This document shows, piece after piece, positions 9,460 to 22,000 of a stretch of 43,105 nucleotides of DNA. Under the pieces are notes generated by a model. It had not been told where the DNA came from, did not search any database, and was given only the letters and a program-made list of their open reading frames with translations. Position numbers and translations under genes: made by a program. This DNA comes from Pelomyxa schiedti. Its lineage: Eukaryota > Protista > Evosea. The DNA is taken from positions 1 to 43,105 of the forward strand of contig JAHLWZ010000673.1 of the NCBI GenBank assembly GCA_020536535.1, in the 5' to 3' direction. How positions within the stretch are numbered: the stretch's first letter is position 1; every line of letters begins with the position of its first letter.

Positions 9460-10796
9460 ATGCAGGCGCCATCAGTTGGCTTAGTTGCACTTTCTGTGTA
9501 TCACCCAGGATGCATTATCCACTCGTCTCTCGTTTCTTCACTCGTGGAGCAGCTAGGGTATATAATATTCTCTTTCTTTGTATTGAATTTGTTATCTTAT
9601 GTGTTGTCACTAACAAAATCCTTAAAAAAGGGGTACTATGTTGCCCTCTGAATACTCTAAACACATAGAGACAACCTTCACAATGCCGGTTCTTACCCTT
9701 TTTTGTTTTCCCCTTTGCTTACCCACATCGTGAAGGGCAGTGAACGAAGGTTCCCGGTGGAACTTGGCTCGGTAAATGACCAACGCATCTCGGGCCAAGA
9801 CGCCGAAGTTCTGGCTGCTTGCCTTTTGTTGGCTTCTGCAAGTACACCCAAAAGTGATATAGACCTAGTTATAGGCTCCAAGCTATCAGGTATGCCAGTA
9901 ATAAGCTGTATTCCGTATTTTAATGAACATTCAAAGGGAGCACCATTCATGACAGAATGAATCTTCAGTTACCGGCAGGCGTTACTGCCACTTCATCCTT
10001 TCTCTATGACCTGTTTACTGCAACGAATTTGGTCAGCTCGAAAAGATATCGCAGGATTATAATAACTGCATCATATTGCTCAAACCGTGATGCCCTGAAC
10101 ACTACTGACTGCGCTGTTGCTGCTATGGTAACAGATGTGGAACCAGATTACGGCATGGTTGGATGGGCCACTGAAAGTACCTGTCCGCTTCAATCTTCTA
10201 TTTGTTCTAACGAGGACTTTTATTATCCATAGAATCAAGGAGTGATTCTTCTACTTCACCTCGGTCCAGTACATTGGCTCCAACCGGGTGCCATCTACCA
10301 TTAGTTTCAGATAGCCCATTGTTTACAAGCATCAGTCCCAGATCGTCAAGTCCTTCAGGTGAGTTACTTGAAGAAGACCAGCCTTTGCAGCATTTCCTTT
10401 TACCTGCCGATTGCATTCTGTTAATCACGAAGCTTTATAAAGAAACCAATATGAGTGGTGAGACCATTGGTTGGATGGTGGCAGACGACTCGGTGGCTAC
10501 AACATTCTTCAAGGTATTCCAGCACCACCTCCAACCTTAACAATTGACATATTCATATGTACCAGGGCTCCAGTATTTTCCCTGTAAACATCTATGAACC
10601 CTCTGTAGAACTATATAGAGGGTGCTGCAGCTTACCCGCCAACATATACTCTGCTATTGGTGGTGGCCTCATTAAGCCTGGTGAAAGCCTGTTACTGTTG
10701 GCCCACCCCCCTTCTAGTACTAGTGGTGGGCTTGACGCAATGATAGTCAAACCGTCATTTTGGCTATTCCACAATGTCTACTCACAGCAGACTTGA
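9460..10796 (+). CDS. Divergent FabH/KAS III (thiolase-fold)-like protein, apparently lacking the catalytic triad; multi-exon, 5' exon structure ambiguous
   Basis: Collinear FabH-like motifs: VGLVALSVYHP, GSERRF, DIDLVI, SSFLYDLFTATNLVSSKRYRRIII, AVAAMV, IGWMV, SLPANIYSAIGGGLIKPGESLLLLA. Confidence 0.55.
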
Positions 10797-11107
10797 ATAG
10801 GCAGTCACACATGCATCATCCTGTCTCAACCCGAGACAAACCCTGTTGTTCCACTACTCCACAACACACCACACAAAAAAAAAAAAAAAAGAAGAAGAAG
10901 AAAAAGACAGTCAAACATAAGTTTCCCTTTGCTTCTGTTTAGTGGCCCTCATCGGGGTAGAGGAGGTTCGCGAGAAACAGGAAGGCAAGTCCTCCTTTGA
11001 TAGTCTTAGTATGACTGAACTGAATCCTGGTTGGTGCTCTCACCACATTGTGCTTGTTATGGTTTCGAACAGGGAACGTTCAATCAAACATATGTGACTT
11101 GTGAATG

Positions 11108-12278
11108 CTAAATTAGTGCGATAAACAAGCGGGGAGAGCAAAACCTGGGAATTTTGGCATTGAGGACAGTAAAACCTGTCAAAGCGTCAATGACACTCAG
11201 TTGCTGTTTCATCACTATAAAAATGAAGCCTTCACACACCCAGCATATATCGCTGATACATGAATACGCCCACGAGAACGGAAACATATTCACGCACCTG
11301 ATGGCGCCATTGCAGTCCCAAATTTCACAGAGTGCAGGAGCTGAGTGCAGAACAGAGAACTGGGATTCCGTCACCCGGCCGAATGAGTTTCCAGGTGTGA
11401 GCAAATTGATTGGCCCTTGGCTGAGACTATGGCCTTCTGTGACAGCGAAAATTCCTCGATGATCCGGCGCTTGGCACGGACTGCGCACTTCACTGGTGGC
11501 CAAAAAAATGAGCACTCTGGGCCCGGTTCTGGTCTGCATTAATTCTGCATCTGTTATTCCATGGTCGTATCTTCCTGTGGGGAATACAGAGATAGTTTTA
11601 GAAACCAAAACAAGGTCCTTTGTCGCCCAAGTCTTCTGCATGTCAATCACAAGGATCACCACTTGGCACTCGGAAGGCAGGTATGCTGTCACAACCACTT
11701 CATTTGGATGGTACCTACTGCACCTCACATGCCACACTTTGCAATTGGAAGGCAGAGGTAGAGGAACCACAACAACTGAAGAGCGGCCAGGGATTTCATC
11801 ACCCAGCTTCACCAGGCTCAACCTCGGATCCTCCCAAACCCTGTGATAAGCGAAACCACGAGTACCACACATTGCCAGCCACTGCGAATGCGCATCGTGC
11901 TTCTTATTCCTCCACCAATGGAAGTATGAGTCCTCATGGTCCGCGCCTCTCTTGAATCCCTCTCCCCCAAAGAACCACTTGCTATCTGACTTTCTCAGAA
12001 ACCTGCTGGGTCCCAGCCACACTGTCTGCTCGTCGACCAGTGGCTCCTCAGCCACCCCATAATTCAAAACGCCCCCGGTCGCGCAGGACACACCAAACCC
12101 CAGCATGAAGCACGACATTCCAAAGGGACAATAGAACGCCGCGTGGATCCCCACCACGAAGCACAGCGCATCCCGCCTCACCACCTTGCTGCGAACGCGC
12201 CAACGCGCTGGCGGGGCTGCCGGCCCCGCACCTCGGGTTCGACGCCGCCGCCAGCGCCAGCATTTGGTCCCGCGCCAT
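11108..12278 (-). pseudogene. Orphan-family ('ARDQ-LAL...RCG') gene with an apparent frameshift near 12185; pseudogene or assembly error
   Basis: MARDQMLALAAASNPRCGAGSPASALARS (ATG at 12278) is in a different frame from the 358-aa body ending LSVIDALTGFTVL..., and no intron of plausible size bridges them. Confidence 0.55.
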
Positions 12279-12741
12279 AAGATTCACTCTCTCGATGACG
12301 CACGGCAGGGCTGGAGGAGGAGGAAGAGGTACTACGCGCTCTTGCAGTGGTTGTGGGGCGGGAATGTGATTGTCGATTGCAGTGGGGGATGTGGTGGAGG
12401 CCGCCGCCGCTGTGAATTCCACAACAAGGCGCCGCCGGTGTGTATGTGGGCGACGGCGCCTCGACTGCACCCACAGTGTTCGCCCGTGTTGACGCTGGGC
12501 GACCCGGGTAGACGGGAGGGCGGAAAAAGGGTGACGGGAATTCGTTTGATGAGCGGAAAGGGGAAGATGAGAGCCCAGATCAGGGGTTGATCTCGCCCGC
12601 TTGTTGATTGGATGATGATGGCAGGTGAACAATCCAAAGGACTAAAACGGTTTTCCGTATTGGGTATTGTGTAACACCTTGGCTTTATAAACCAATTTGC
12701 TCTGTGGACCAAACCAACAAAACCCAAACAATCCAGCAAGA

Positions 12742-14146
12742 ATGAAGTCGAAAACGCCCGAACTGAAGCACGTGGAGTTGAAGGAGGTGATTGTTGACGA
12801 TAAAGACATAAAAACTGGCCAACTGCAAGCACTACCCGAATTTTCTTTGATTCCAGCGGACCATTGGGAAAAGTGCCTTGCAGTCTTCAGCACCCTCCCA
12901 AAAGCTACTTCAGAAGGTGCGTGGTTTTTCTCCATTTTCATTGTTCTGATTCCCCAAACAAATAGAATCAGCAGACAACCTCGTGGCCGTCAAAGACGTG
13001 AAACAACTATGGAAGACGGAGCACAAGGGTGCATCACGGTTTGAAATCGACAGCATTGCAAGTATGGTGGAACTGGAGAGAAACAACAAGAACGGTTCAA
13101 TGATGATGAACCCCAAGGGCTTTGCATTGGGCTGCGCCTTGTTCCCTGAGAACAGGTCACTGCTACCACAATCATGCTCTGTCAAAGAATACATTAACAC
13201 GTATGTCTGTCAAACGCAGTCAGCAAACTCACACAGAGTGAAGAGGGTTCAGTGGATCATCGGCTCTGTCTATCCTGTGCGACTCGGGTGGTACAACCAC
13301 AGCGAAATGGGTCATTTTACTTCTTGTCAACTTGGCCTTGTCTGTATGCAAACCCCCTGAAAATAAGTAAGGTCCTAATTGTAGCCTCACTACCCATACA
13401 AGGTTGTGTCAGTGCTTTATTGGGCAACGTGGTTTCTGGGAATATTCACGTTTGCGATTGCCCTTTACCTGCATTGGTTTGGGCGCTCCACGCCGCTGTT
13501 GTGGAAGAGCGAAGGCCTTTCAGGTTAACCTGTGCCGTGCTCGGTGTCTCCTCACTTGAGCGCAGGAAGTGTTCTTGTGTTCTCCATTATGGGATTGTTC
13601 GACCTGACAGTTGGATTTGCCTTTGGGATCATGTGGCTCTGGTATAGCGAATTCTGGTTTTGGTTCTGGTACTGCTGGTGCATGTTCCAAGCTATCTATA
13701 TGATTCTGAGCACAATTTACATTGCAATTGTGTGCAAATTGTTCTATGGCATGTCGCATGACACTGTTGTGACCGTTCCAAAGGTTTTTATCCCAGTTTG
13801 TCTCCAAACTAGGCTCTCACACAACATACAGTACACTGTTTTCACATCCGACACTATGGCAGCTTGGATTTCTCTGTTCCTTGGGGCGTTTTTCCTTGGT
13901 CTACTCATTATGGTTGGGATGGTTGCAGAGTATTGGCACATTGTACCCTTCTGCGGTATACTGACCTTCCTTTGTGGCTTTGTGCTGCCACCAATTGGAA
14001 TTCTCATTGTGATGCTGGTCAAGGGCTACCCGAAGCTCATGGTTGTTCTTGGCCTTGGCTTCGGTGCACTGTTGACTCTGGGTTCAGTCGGCTCTCTAGT
14101 TGCATTCTGGTACTGGGGTTACTGGGTCTACCCTTGGATGGACTGA
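12742..14146 (+). CDS. Multi-pass membrane protein with an N-terminal EH/EF-hand-like region (paralog A), 6 exons
   Basis: Spliced product: MKSKTPELKHVELKE...WEKCLAVFSTLP...DVKQLWK...IDSIASMVE...GFALGCALF, followed by roughly 7 hydrophobic W/F/Y-rich segments. Clear paralog at 26592-27994. Confidence 0.8.
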
Positions 14147-14300
14147 GGCTGTAAACTGTATGTTGTAAATAAAAATGTTTGCACTGTAGCATCAGTAAAT
14201 ACGGCGATCAAAATCCCAACACGCGAAATTTCTGAAAAGAAATTCGAAGAACTAAACAAAGACGTGGGAACTCGAACAACTATTAGTGTATGTAGTATTC

Positions 14301-17300
14301 TTAGTAGTCGAAAAAAATCTTGGCGCTTGTGAAGCTGAAACGGAGTAACTGGTACTCGTGGAAGCGGGCCTTGATGTTCTTCAACTGGTACATAATAGAG
14401 TCGTAGCTCTCTTTGGTTCGCTTCTTCTGTTGAAGCTCGCGTTCCTTCTCTGCCTTGGCATCCCGGTAATACTGTGCCACGGCGTCGAACCAGTGAAGTG
14501 CATCAAACTTGCTGTTTTGGTCCAGAAGCTTGAGCACATAGGCCACACCTGAGGCGAACGTTAGTAGAGGGTTGTGTTGTTGTTTTCAGTGGGTAGTGGC
14601 AGCAACTTACCAATGGCAAATCCATCGTCTGTGAACATGAAGTCTTGTGCAGATTTCTTTACAAGCTTATCTTTGGCAAGTATAATGTGCTCAATGAAGT
14701 TGACAGTGAGTGGTGGTATGATTATGTAGAAGCTCTTTAAATGATGGTTTTGCTCACTGCAAAACTCTGATGCAAACACATTCACGAGAAGTGCAAAGTA
14801 TTCAAAACCACCCTCAAAGCTCTGAGTGAGATTCTGAATAGACATGTCAAGGTTCCTGTTGGGTTTTAAAAAAAAAAGAAAAGGCACAAGTACATACTCC
14901 GCTGAAGTCTTGGTTTCCGCTGCAAGTCGCTCTTTAGCCACAAGATCTTCAAAATCGACGATGTTCTTGAGATCAGGAACAAATTTGATGGCATTGGAAC
15001 AATACAGAAGACCACCGGATCGTATCATACGGACATACCCCATGGCATTTCCTAAGGTTTTTAAGACACTTATCTATTTTACGAGACTCAACCTATTTGT
15101 GTTATAAGTTCCCTGAACCGGTCCAAGTAACTGAGGTTTTGTACTTCGGTGACACCCAGTGACCTAATATCCTTATTGAATCTGTCTGCCCTGTCAAAAG
15201 GATATTTGAATCCCATTTCATCCTTGTGTTCAGTGCAAAATCTGGAACTGGTTAATGGAATAGGGTGGGAACACAAAAATTACGTACTGCATATCTTTGT
15301 GAAGTCGTAGTTTTATGTGGTCATCATACAGGAATTGAGAAAATTGTACAAATTTTTTCCGGAGGAATTGGTATGTGGAGTTGACCTAGGAAACGTGAGA
15401 ACGGGAGGAACAGGGGAATATACTCACAGCAGTGTTCATTATACCAGTGCCATGTGTCCTTATTGAATTTGCAATATGGACAATTCCAATTGTATTCAGC
15501 ACCTTGGAATCAGATTGTCTCTCAATGAAAACTTGTGTGTTCAAATTGTAGTCGTATTTCAGGACAAACTCATGCAGACGTTTCATAATTACAAGAACAT
15601 CCAGTCCCTTTCACATTTAGGTCTTATATTTGGTTTATGAAGTTACCTGATCATGTGTTTGACCAGGAAGGTGAGCTTCAGTGAGAGTGAGATTGTATTT
15701 GTCACGAGCAAGGTTGCGCATCTCCTCATATACACGCCAATCGGATAATACGACAGTGTTTGTATTGTAGAAGGTGACATCAAGGTAATTAGAAACAAGA
15801 GCTTTAAGCAATGTAACTATGTGAAAGAAAGATCTTGGAAGAACTTTTTATATCCACTGTGACGCCAGCAAATACTAATGGCTTCAAAGCCAAGAACTGA
15901 ATCAGATCACGGTGTGCACTACTCCGTTGATTTGTTAGGTAGGTATGTGATTGCATTCGTAGGTCAGTTTCAATCTCGTACTGCAGGGGAGTGATAATTT
16001 CCTAAAAAGAATGTTAGAAAATTACAGTGGGCTCGGTTATTCGAGGAACCCTGTTTAAAATGTCAAGGACACCAGTGCGGTAGGCCTCAATGATTTCATT
16101 GGGATTCTTATGAAGTGATTTCTGAAGGATTGGCATGATATCTTGCATAGACACCAACATGTACTATTAGGAAGCAAACTTAACTTAAGGCAAAAATAGG
16201 CAGTTAAAGCTAACCTGCAAAGTACTGGCTAGTTCCGGGTTCTTAAAGACATGCCTTAAGTAGTCTTGGAACAGACTTTCTTCCCAACACATGAACGAGC
16301 AGTCACATGATTGTGATACAAGATATGAGAGGTCACTTGTTACATTTATCCTTCTCATAATGTAGTCAATAGTTCCAAGATCATTTTCCTTGACTGCATC
16401 TGATGACGAGAAGATTGATATTGCCAAGCCAAGAACTATGCGCCTTTGCTCAGTTGATACACCCCGCAGCATATTGATAGCCAGTCTAAGGGCAGCAAGT
16501 GCATCCATTTCAGATTCATTACGGGCATTGAGGCCAGACTCAAAGCGACCCTTTTTTTGTAAGAAAACCCGAGGTTAAAATTCAGGCCATTAGGGATGGG
16601 GAATTTACTCTATTTCTACGAAGAATCTTGAGAACAAAGGCACATTGGTACTCAATCATCAGGGAAATGGTTTCTGCTGTTATGTTTGCTGTTCGATGGA
16701 ACGTATTCTTTATTGACTACTCCAAGTTAATCACACCCCACTTCAAGTGTAATTATATACCTTCAACAGAATAATGCAGCGGCAAAGTGCAAGCATATCC
16801 AAATGAGATACAGGTTCATTAAATTGAGCACGCAGGTGCTCATAGGATATGAAAAGATTAGACAACTGGGAGGCATAAACTACTCCCTAGACACAGTGAG
16901 TACAAATTGGAGGCACATTCTGTTACGTGATAGAGAAGAAGGATTCTTTCTGGCAGGATGTGGTCAAGGCCTTTCCTTGAAGCATCACCGGATTTTGTCA
17001 AATTCGACTCCATTTTCACGCACCATGCTGCAGTCTTCATTGAAAGTTGTATCATGCGTGAGTACAACGTCTGTAACGTCGTGAGTTTTGGTGTGTTACT
17101 GGTATGTTTGGCACCTTGGAGAGGGTTGTCAAATATTCCCTCTTGAATTTTTGCTCATTAAAGTCTTTGGCCATCTTGAAGTGATATGTCTGCCCGAGGT
17201 TACGGAGGATCGAGCACGGGAAGAAAACTCTGTTGCAGAAAACTGATACTACAGGTGTCTAAAAAAATTCACCATCTCCAAAACCAAGAAAGTGTTGCGT

Positions 17301-18686
17301 ACACGAAGACAGAGATCCCACATCGCTTTGAAAAGCTTGGGATCCTTATCAGCCCAGATGTGAACATAGAATTCATATAAACCAACCAGGCCAATCATAT
17401 CACTGAGATCATGATACTCATCACTAGCAGTGGCAACTGTGGGAGTTGGTGCAGAATATTTGGGGCAAGGCAAGTACCTAAAAGCGCAGTGTGGGTTCGT
17501 ATCATTCGTTCTATAGCATTCCTGAAAAGTGCTTGGAGACTTCGATTAGCAGTGACAACAATCAAGTTCTCTGAATCAAACTGAAGAGATTTGCAGGACT
17601 AATATGTGTGAGGCATAGTAAACAGAACTTGGCAAATACGTGGAAGCATTTGCTTGAAAGTATTGTCCCTCCAATAACTTGCTGAACCTTCTCAAACCGT
17701 CGAATCTCCAAGTCACTTATTCCAGAAAAACTGGCAGGGTTTTTGCTGGCTTGTACCATCAACCTGAGGATAATAATACATTAACCAGGTACGTTCAGGT
17801 TATGACTGGGACAGACTTGGCATATTTTTCCCAGGCATCTGTCAGTGCCGGGTTGTGGTGAATTATTATATCGATTGTAATTAGCATGCGCATTGCCTTC
17901 GCGAGAGCATCAAATACAGGAGATAGATTTACACTCTGGGGTGTATTAAGGAGTGAAGATACGGATAAGAGCAAAGATACTTTGAAGTGTAAATCCTTTT
18001 TAAGTTTGGAGTTGTGCAAGGCAGCCATTTGTTGGATTGTATTTATCACAAGGCTATTCACACGAGACAAGAAACTTGAGAGGTCAAACAGAAGAGGCAG
18101 CATCCGAGAGGCAAAGATTTGAGCATCACCATCAGGGTAAGGTGTGGCATCTCCAAAACCGAACGTTAGAAGTGCACGATAATACCGGACTGCTGCCTGA
18201 ACCATATAAGTATTTTTTTTTGTTTTTATCTCATATGGAAACATACCAGGCGGGAATAGCAATGAAGTTCATGGCATAAGTATGCAAAGACTGAAACAAA
18301 TTTCCTTATGGCGGCGTTGTCAGTTGCTACAAGTGATACAATTTGAGACTGTTAAGAGCAAGTTAAGAGTGTGTTAAAGGGTCTACAACAAAACCTGCTC
18401 ATACGGCGCAGTATCAACAGCCACAGGGTCCAAGAGAGGGTCCGATGTGGTTGACAGGAAGGGGTCTAGTTCCGTTTCCAGAGTTCTTAAGCTTCTTGTG
18501 TAGTCATTCAGGAACCTCGTAAATTCCACGTACAAATTATCTTGTTCATCTTTTTCTGAAAAAGATGGTGGGCGGGTCAGGGTTTTAACGAAAACCGTCA
18601 AAACAGCAAAGGACGAGGGAGTATTAACTTGCTTCCTCAGGGTTATAGTACTCTATGTGATCTGGGAAGTCCTCCGTCGCAGCCAT
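14301..18686 (-). CDS. WASHC4: WASH complex subunit 4 (SWIP/KIAA1033), many short introns
   Basis: Signature peptides [74 protein letters not shown]. Inferred start [10 protein letters not shown] at 18686. Confidence 0.95.
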
Positions 18687-19090
18687 TGATGCCCCGTGCC
18701 ACCACTTTTTCCTTTTTCTTTTCTTTTTTGACTTTTTCTTCTTTCTCCCGTTTGATGGGGCAGATCTTGCCTACGAGTGTAAACGACTGCAAACCATCGG
18801 CATTTTTTAACAATATCTCTCTGAGCGATTTCAGAAAACGAAGATGCCAAAGGGATGACATGAGTACAACCCTTCCCTGCTGTCATCAGGAAGAAATTCT
18901 CAGAAGAATCACTGTTCTTGTAAAAAACTGTCAAAAAGCAACAGGGTGTTTGTTTGATTGGTTGACATCAAGTTCAGTCGATCTGAGGCGGTGGTGCTTA
19001 TAGTTGATACATTTTATTTACACACTTGTTGAGATCTGGGCCGTCTACCTCGTGCCTAGTGCTAAGAAACCAAAGTAAACATTGTTTGGG

Positions 19091-22000
19091 ATGAGCGGGG
19101 ACTCGAGTGTCTCCCCGAGCACATCTCCGGCTCCCAGTGACACTTCCTCGAGATTGCCGTCTCCCCCTCCGCCCCCAGTTGAACAATGTGAAATTGCTTC
19201 AGCTCCAGTTCAAGTTCGCGCTCGTGCACCAAGATCTGGCACTCACTTTCATTCTACGTCACCCTCGCCACCACCGCCCCCTTTTCCAGATTACACGCTG
19301 TCAACATCAGCACCAACTGAAGAGGCCAGATTGCCCAAATCCACAAAAACCTCCGCCCGCTCCCGCAGTAATCGCTCGTCAGTACGTGCAGCTCTAACAC
19401 CAATTGATCCTGCAGCATGTAGTCCTGGTGCAAACACCCGTTCTACGAGTTTAGCAATTCCACAACCACAGAATGTACTGAGTACCCCGCTAATTACAAA
19501 GAGTTCTAAAGTGTTCGCAGGGGGATCAAGAAGTTGAAAAAGAACCAGTAGAGGTGCCGACAACTGACACCTGGGACCAAGATGGCTCACCTGCTATAAA
19601 AGACCTGACAGAACCAACACCGGAGGAAACAGATTGCTCAGCGGAAGTTCTTGCATCCTCCCATTTGACCGTTTCACGTTCAGAACCTTCACTTCCCCCA
19701 CAGTCCACACTGCAGTCGAATGCATCTGTGTCCTCACCTTCCCTTAGACAGGTTCCGGAGAGCTCCTCACCCCCACCTGATGAAGTAAGTCTTCCTCTTT
19801 TTTGGGTTTGCATTTACAATTTACTCTTTGGAAGGCTTCTGCACCTTCAGAACAACCATTTGACACACCTGTCATATCACTGGCAACTCCTTCAAAAATT
19901 GTAGAATCAAAATTACCCTCACACACTCATCACTCCCGACACCCAGCTCCAACGGGTCCGAAACGCCGGCGTGATTCGCATGCAGATAAGACTGAAATAC
20001 CCACCGAAATGGCGCACCGGTAACTTTCTTCTGTACGAAGGGAGATTTACAGAAACACTAGGCATAGTCGAGATTCACATACTGACAAATCAGAAGCCTC
20101 TGATTCATCTGTCAGTAGTAAACCAAAAGAACCTTCTGGAGTCATTAAGCGCCACCAATCAGTATGAAGCACCTTCATTTTCTGAATTATTAAAGTTGGA
20201 GTTCAGCTTTATAAAAATGTACTTGAAAACTTGGAGGATTCTATAATTGAAGGAGAACATAGCTTTTTGAAGATTCTGAGTAATTTCTTTTATTTCCCTG
20301 TCCTTAAGTTCTGAATCGTTTAATTTTCTGAAATCAGGCCAGCTAAGGGATGTTTATTTACTACCCTTATTGTCCCTTGTGAACGTTGACCCATCAAGCA
20401 CAAATTCACCTACAACCTCGGCACCTCCCTCACAACTGGGTAATATGTTCTCTGACGCACTTGCTGACTTGAAGCAGCTAACTGAAGCACAGTCACAGCT
20501 AGTTTCACACTTGCATGACAGAAGATTATTGGCACAACCTCTTGCTGCTGTCTGTCTTTTTCTTTTTTTTTTCCCCAGTCATGACTTCGCATAGAACTAT
20601 GCACTATTCCCAAATCTTTTTTCCGCCTACAAAAAGTACATCAGTGGGCAGATGAACTTCATCATGAAGCTTTCCACTCTGATGCAAAATAATTCTAAAG
20701 TTAATGCCCTCCTTGATCCAAAAACTGAATACCCTCAAGCCAAAGAACTGACAGTATTACAATGTGGTGCACCCTTAGATCTCTTATTGTCAGTTAGATA
20801 TGGGACATGCTTGGAATAAGTGTACGAAGGCTTCCACAGCTAATTGATGTCCTTACTGCACAATTCGATCTTCTTGTAGCATCTGACATTGGTAGATGCG
20901 CTTCCATAGATTACCGAAAACTATATAAAAAGGTGTGTTTTAAAATCACTTTTACACCCCCACTTTGTAAATTATTTCAGAGATACATTTTGCCGTCACC
21001 CGGGCAAGTCTTCCCTGATAGCTGTAGACAAGTATAGCCCTTTTCGTAATCCTTTTCTCGGAAACCATTGGTAGGCAAAACAAGCTCTCGACAACCTTGC
21101 AGGGCTAGTTGTGGATGCTCAGCGCGCAGATGAGTTCTATTCTGCCATGCTGTTTGTGCAATCTATTTCCACCCGTAACAAACACGAAGTAATTCCAAAT
21201 AATCCCGCTCGGCGAATGTTTAAGGAAGGGGAGATTCGGCTAATTCAAACTCGTGATGTATGTTCCAGGACTTGAATTTAAATTCTACCCCTAAGATTTT
21301 GAAATCAGTTTGGAATGAGTTTTACTATCCCTGTTGTACTCCTACTTTTCAGTGATTGCCTTGCTATATGCACAAAACAGTCATCTGAGCACTCACGCTG
21401 CTTTCAACTTCATTCTCTTTATCCCACTCCCTCTCTCATTGTGTGTGACACAGAGGCAAATACCAGGGCACTGACGTTTACTATTGATATTATCAAGGTT
21501 ATCCCTACTCCTAATGTACCACTAATTCTTATCAGACCTTGCCACCAGGCTGGATAGAAACCGTTGTCGTCAACCCACACCATCGAGTATGGAGCTTGGA
21601 CAAATCAAAGATTACCCAATTAGAGCCTCCATCAGATTACATATCCGCTGTGATGGTCCGTGCACATCTATCCCTATAAAAACAAACCACACGCAGGGCC
21701 CAGTAACGTTTGCAACCGACACTACTGAAGAAAAACAAGATTGGCTTTTCTCTTTTGCCACTGCAACATCGTTCTCCTACATCAGACTAGTATACCATTT
21801 AACTCCTAAGTCCTTCTTATTTTTATTTCAGGTCCCTCCCGCTCCTCCTGATAAAACCATTAAACAGAAAAAAATCAAGCCGCCCAACACTAAAAAGAAG
21901 TCCAAAAAAGCTCCCCATCACACATCAAATTTTGGTGTCAATCTTGATTTCCTTCTATCCCGAGATAGGATTCTCTCCCCTGGGTGCAATGTTCCCATTA

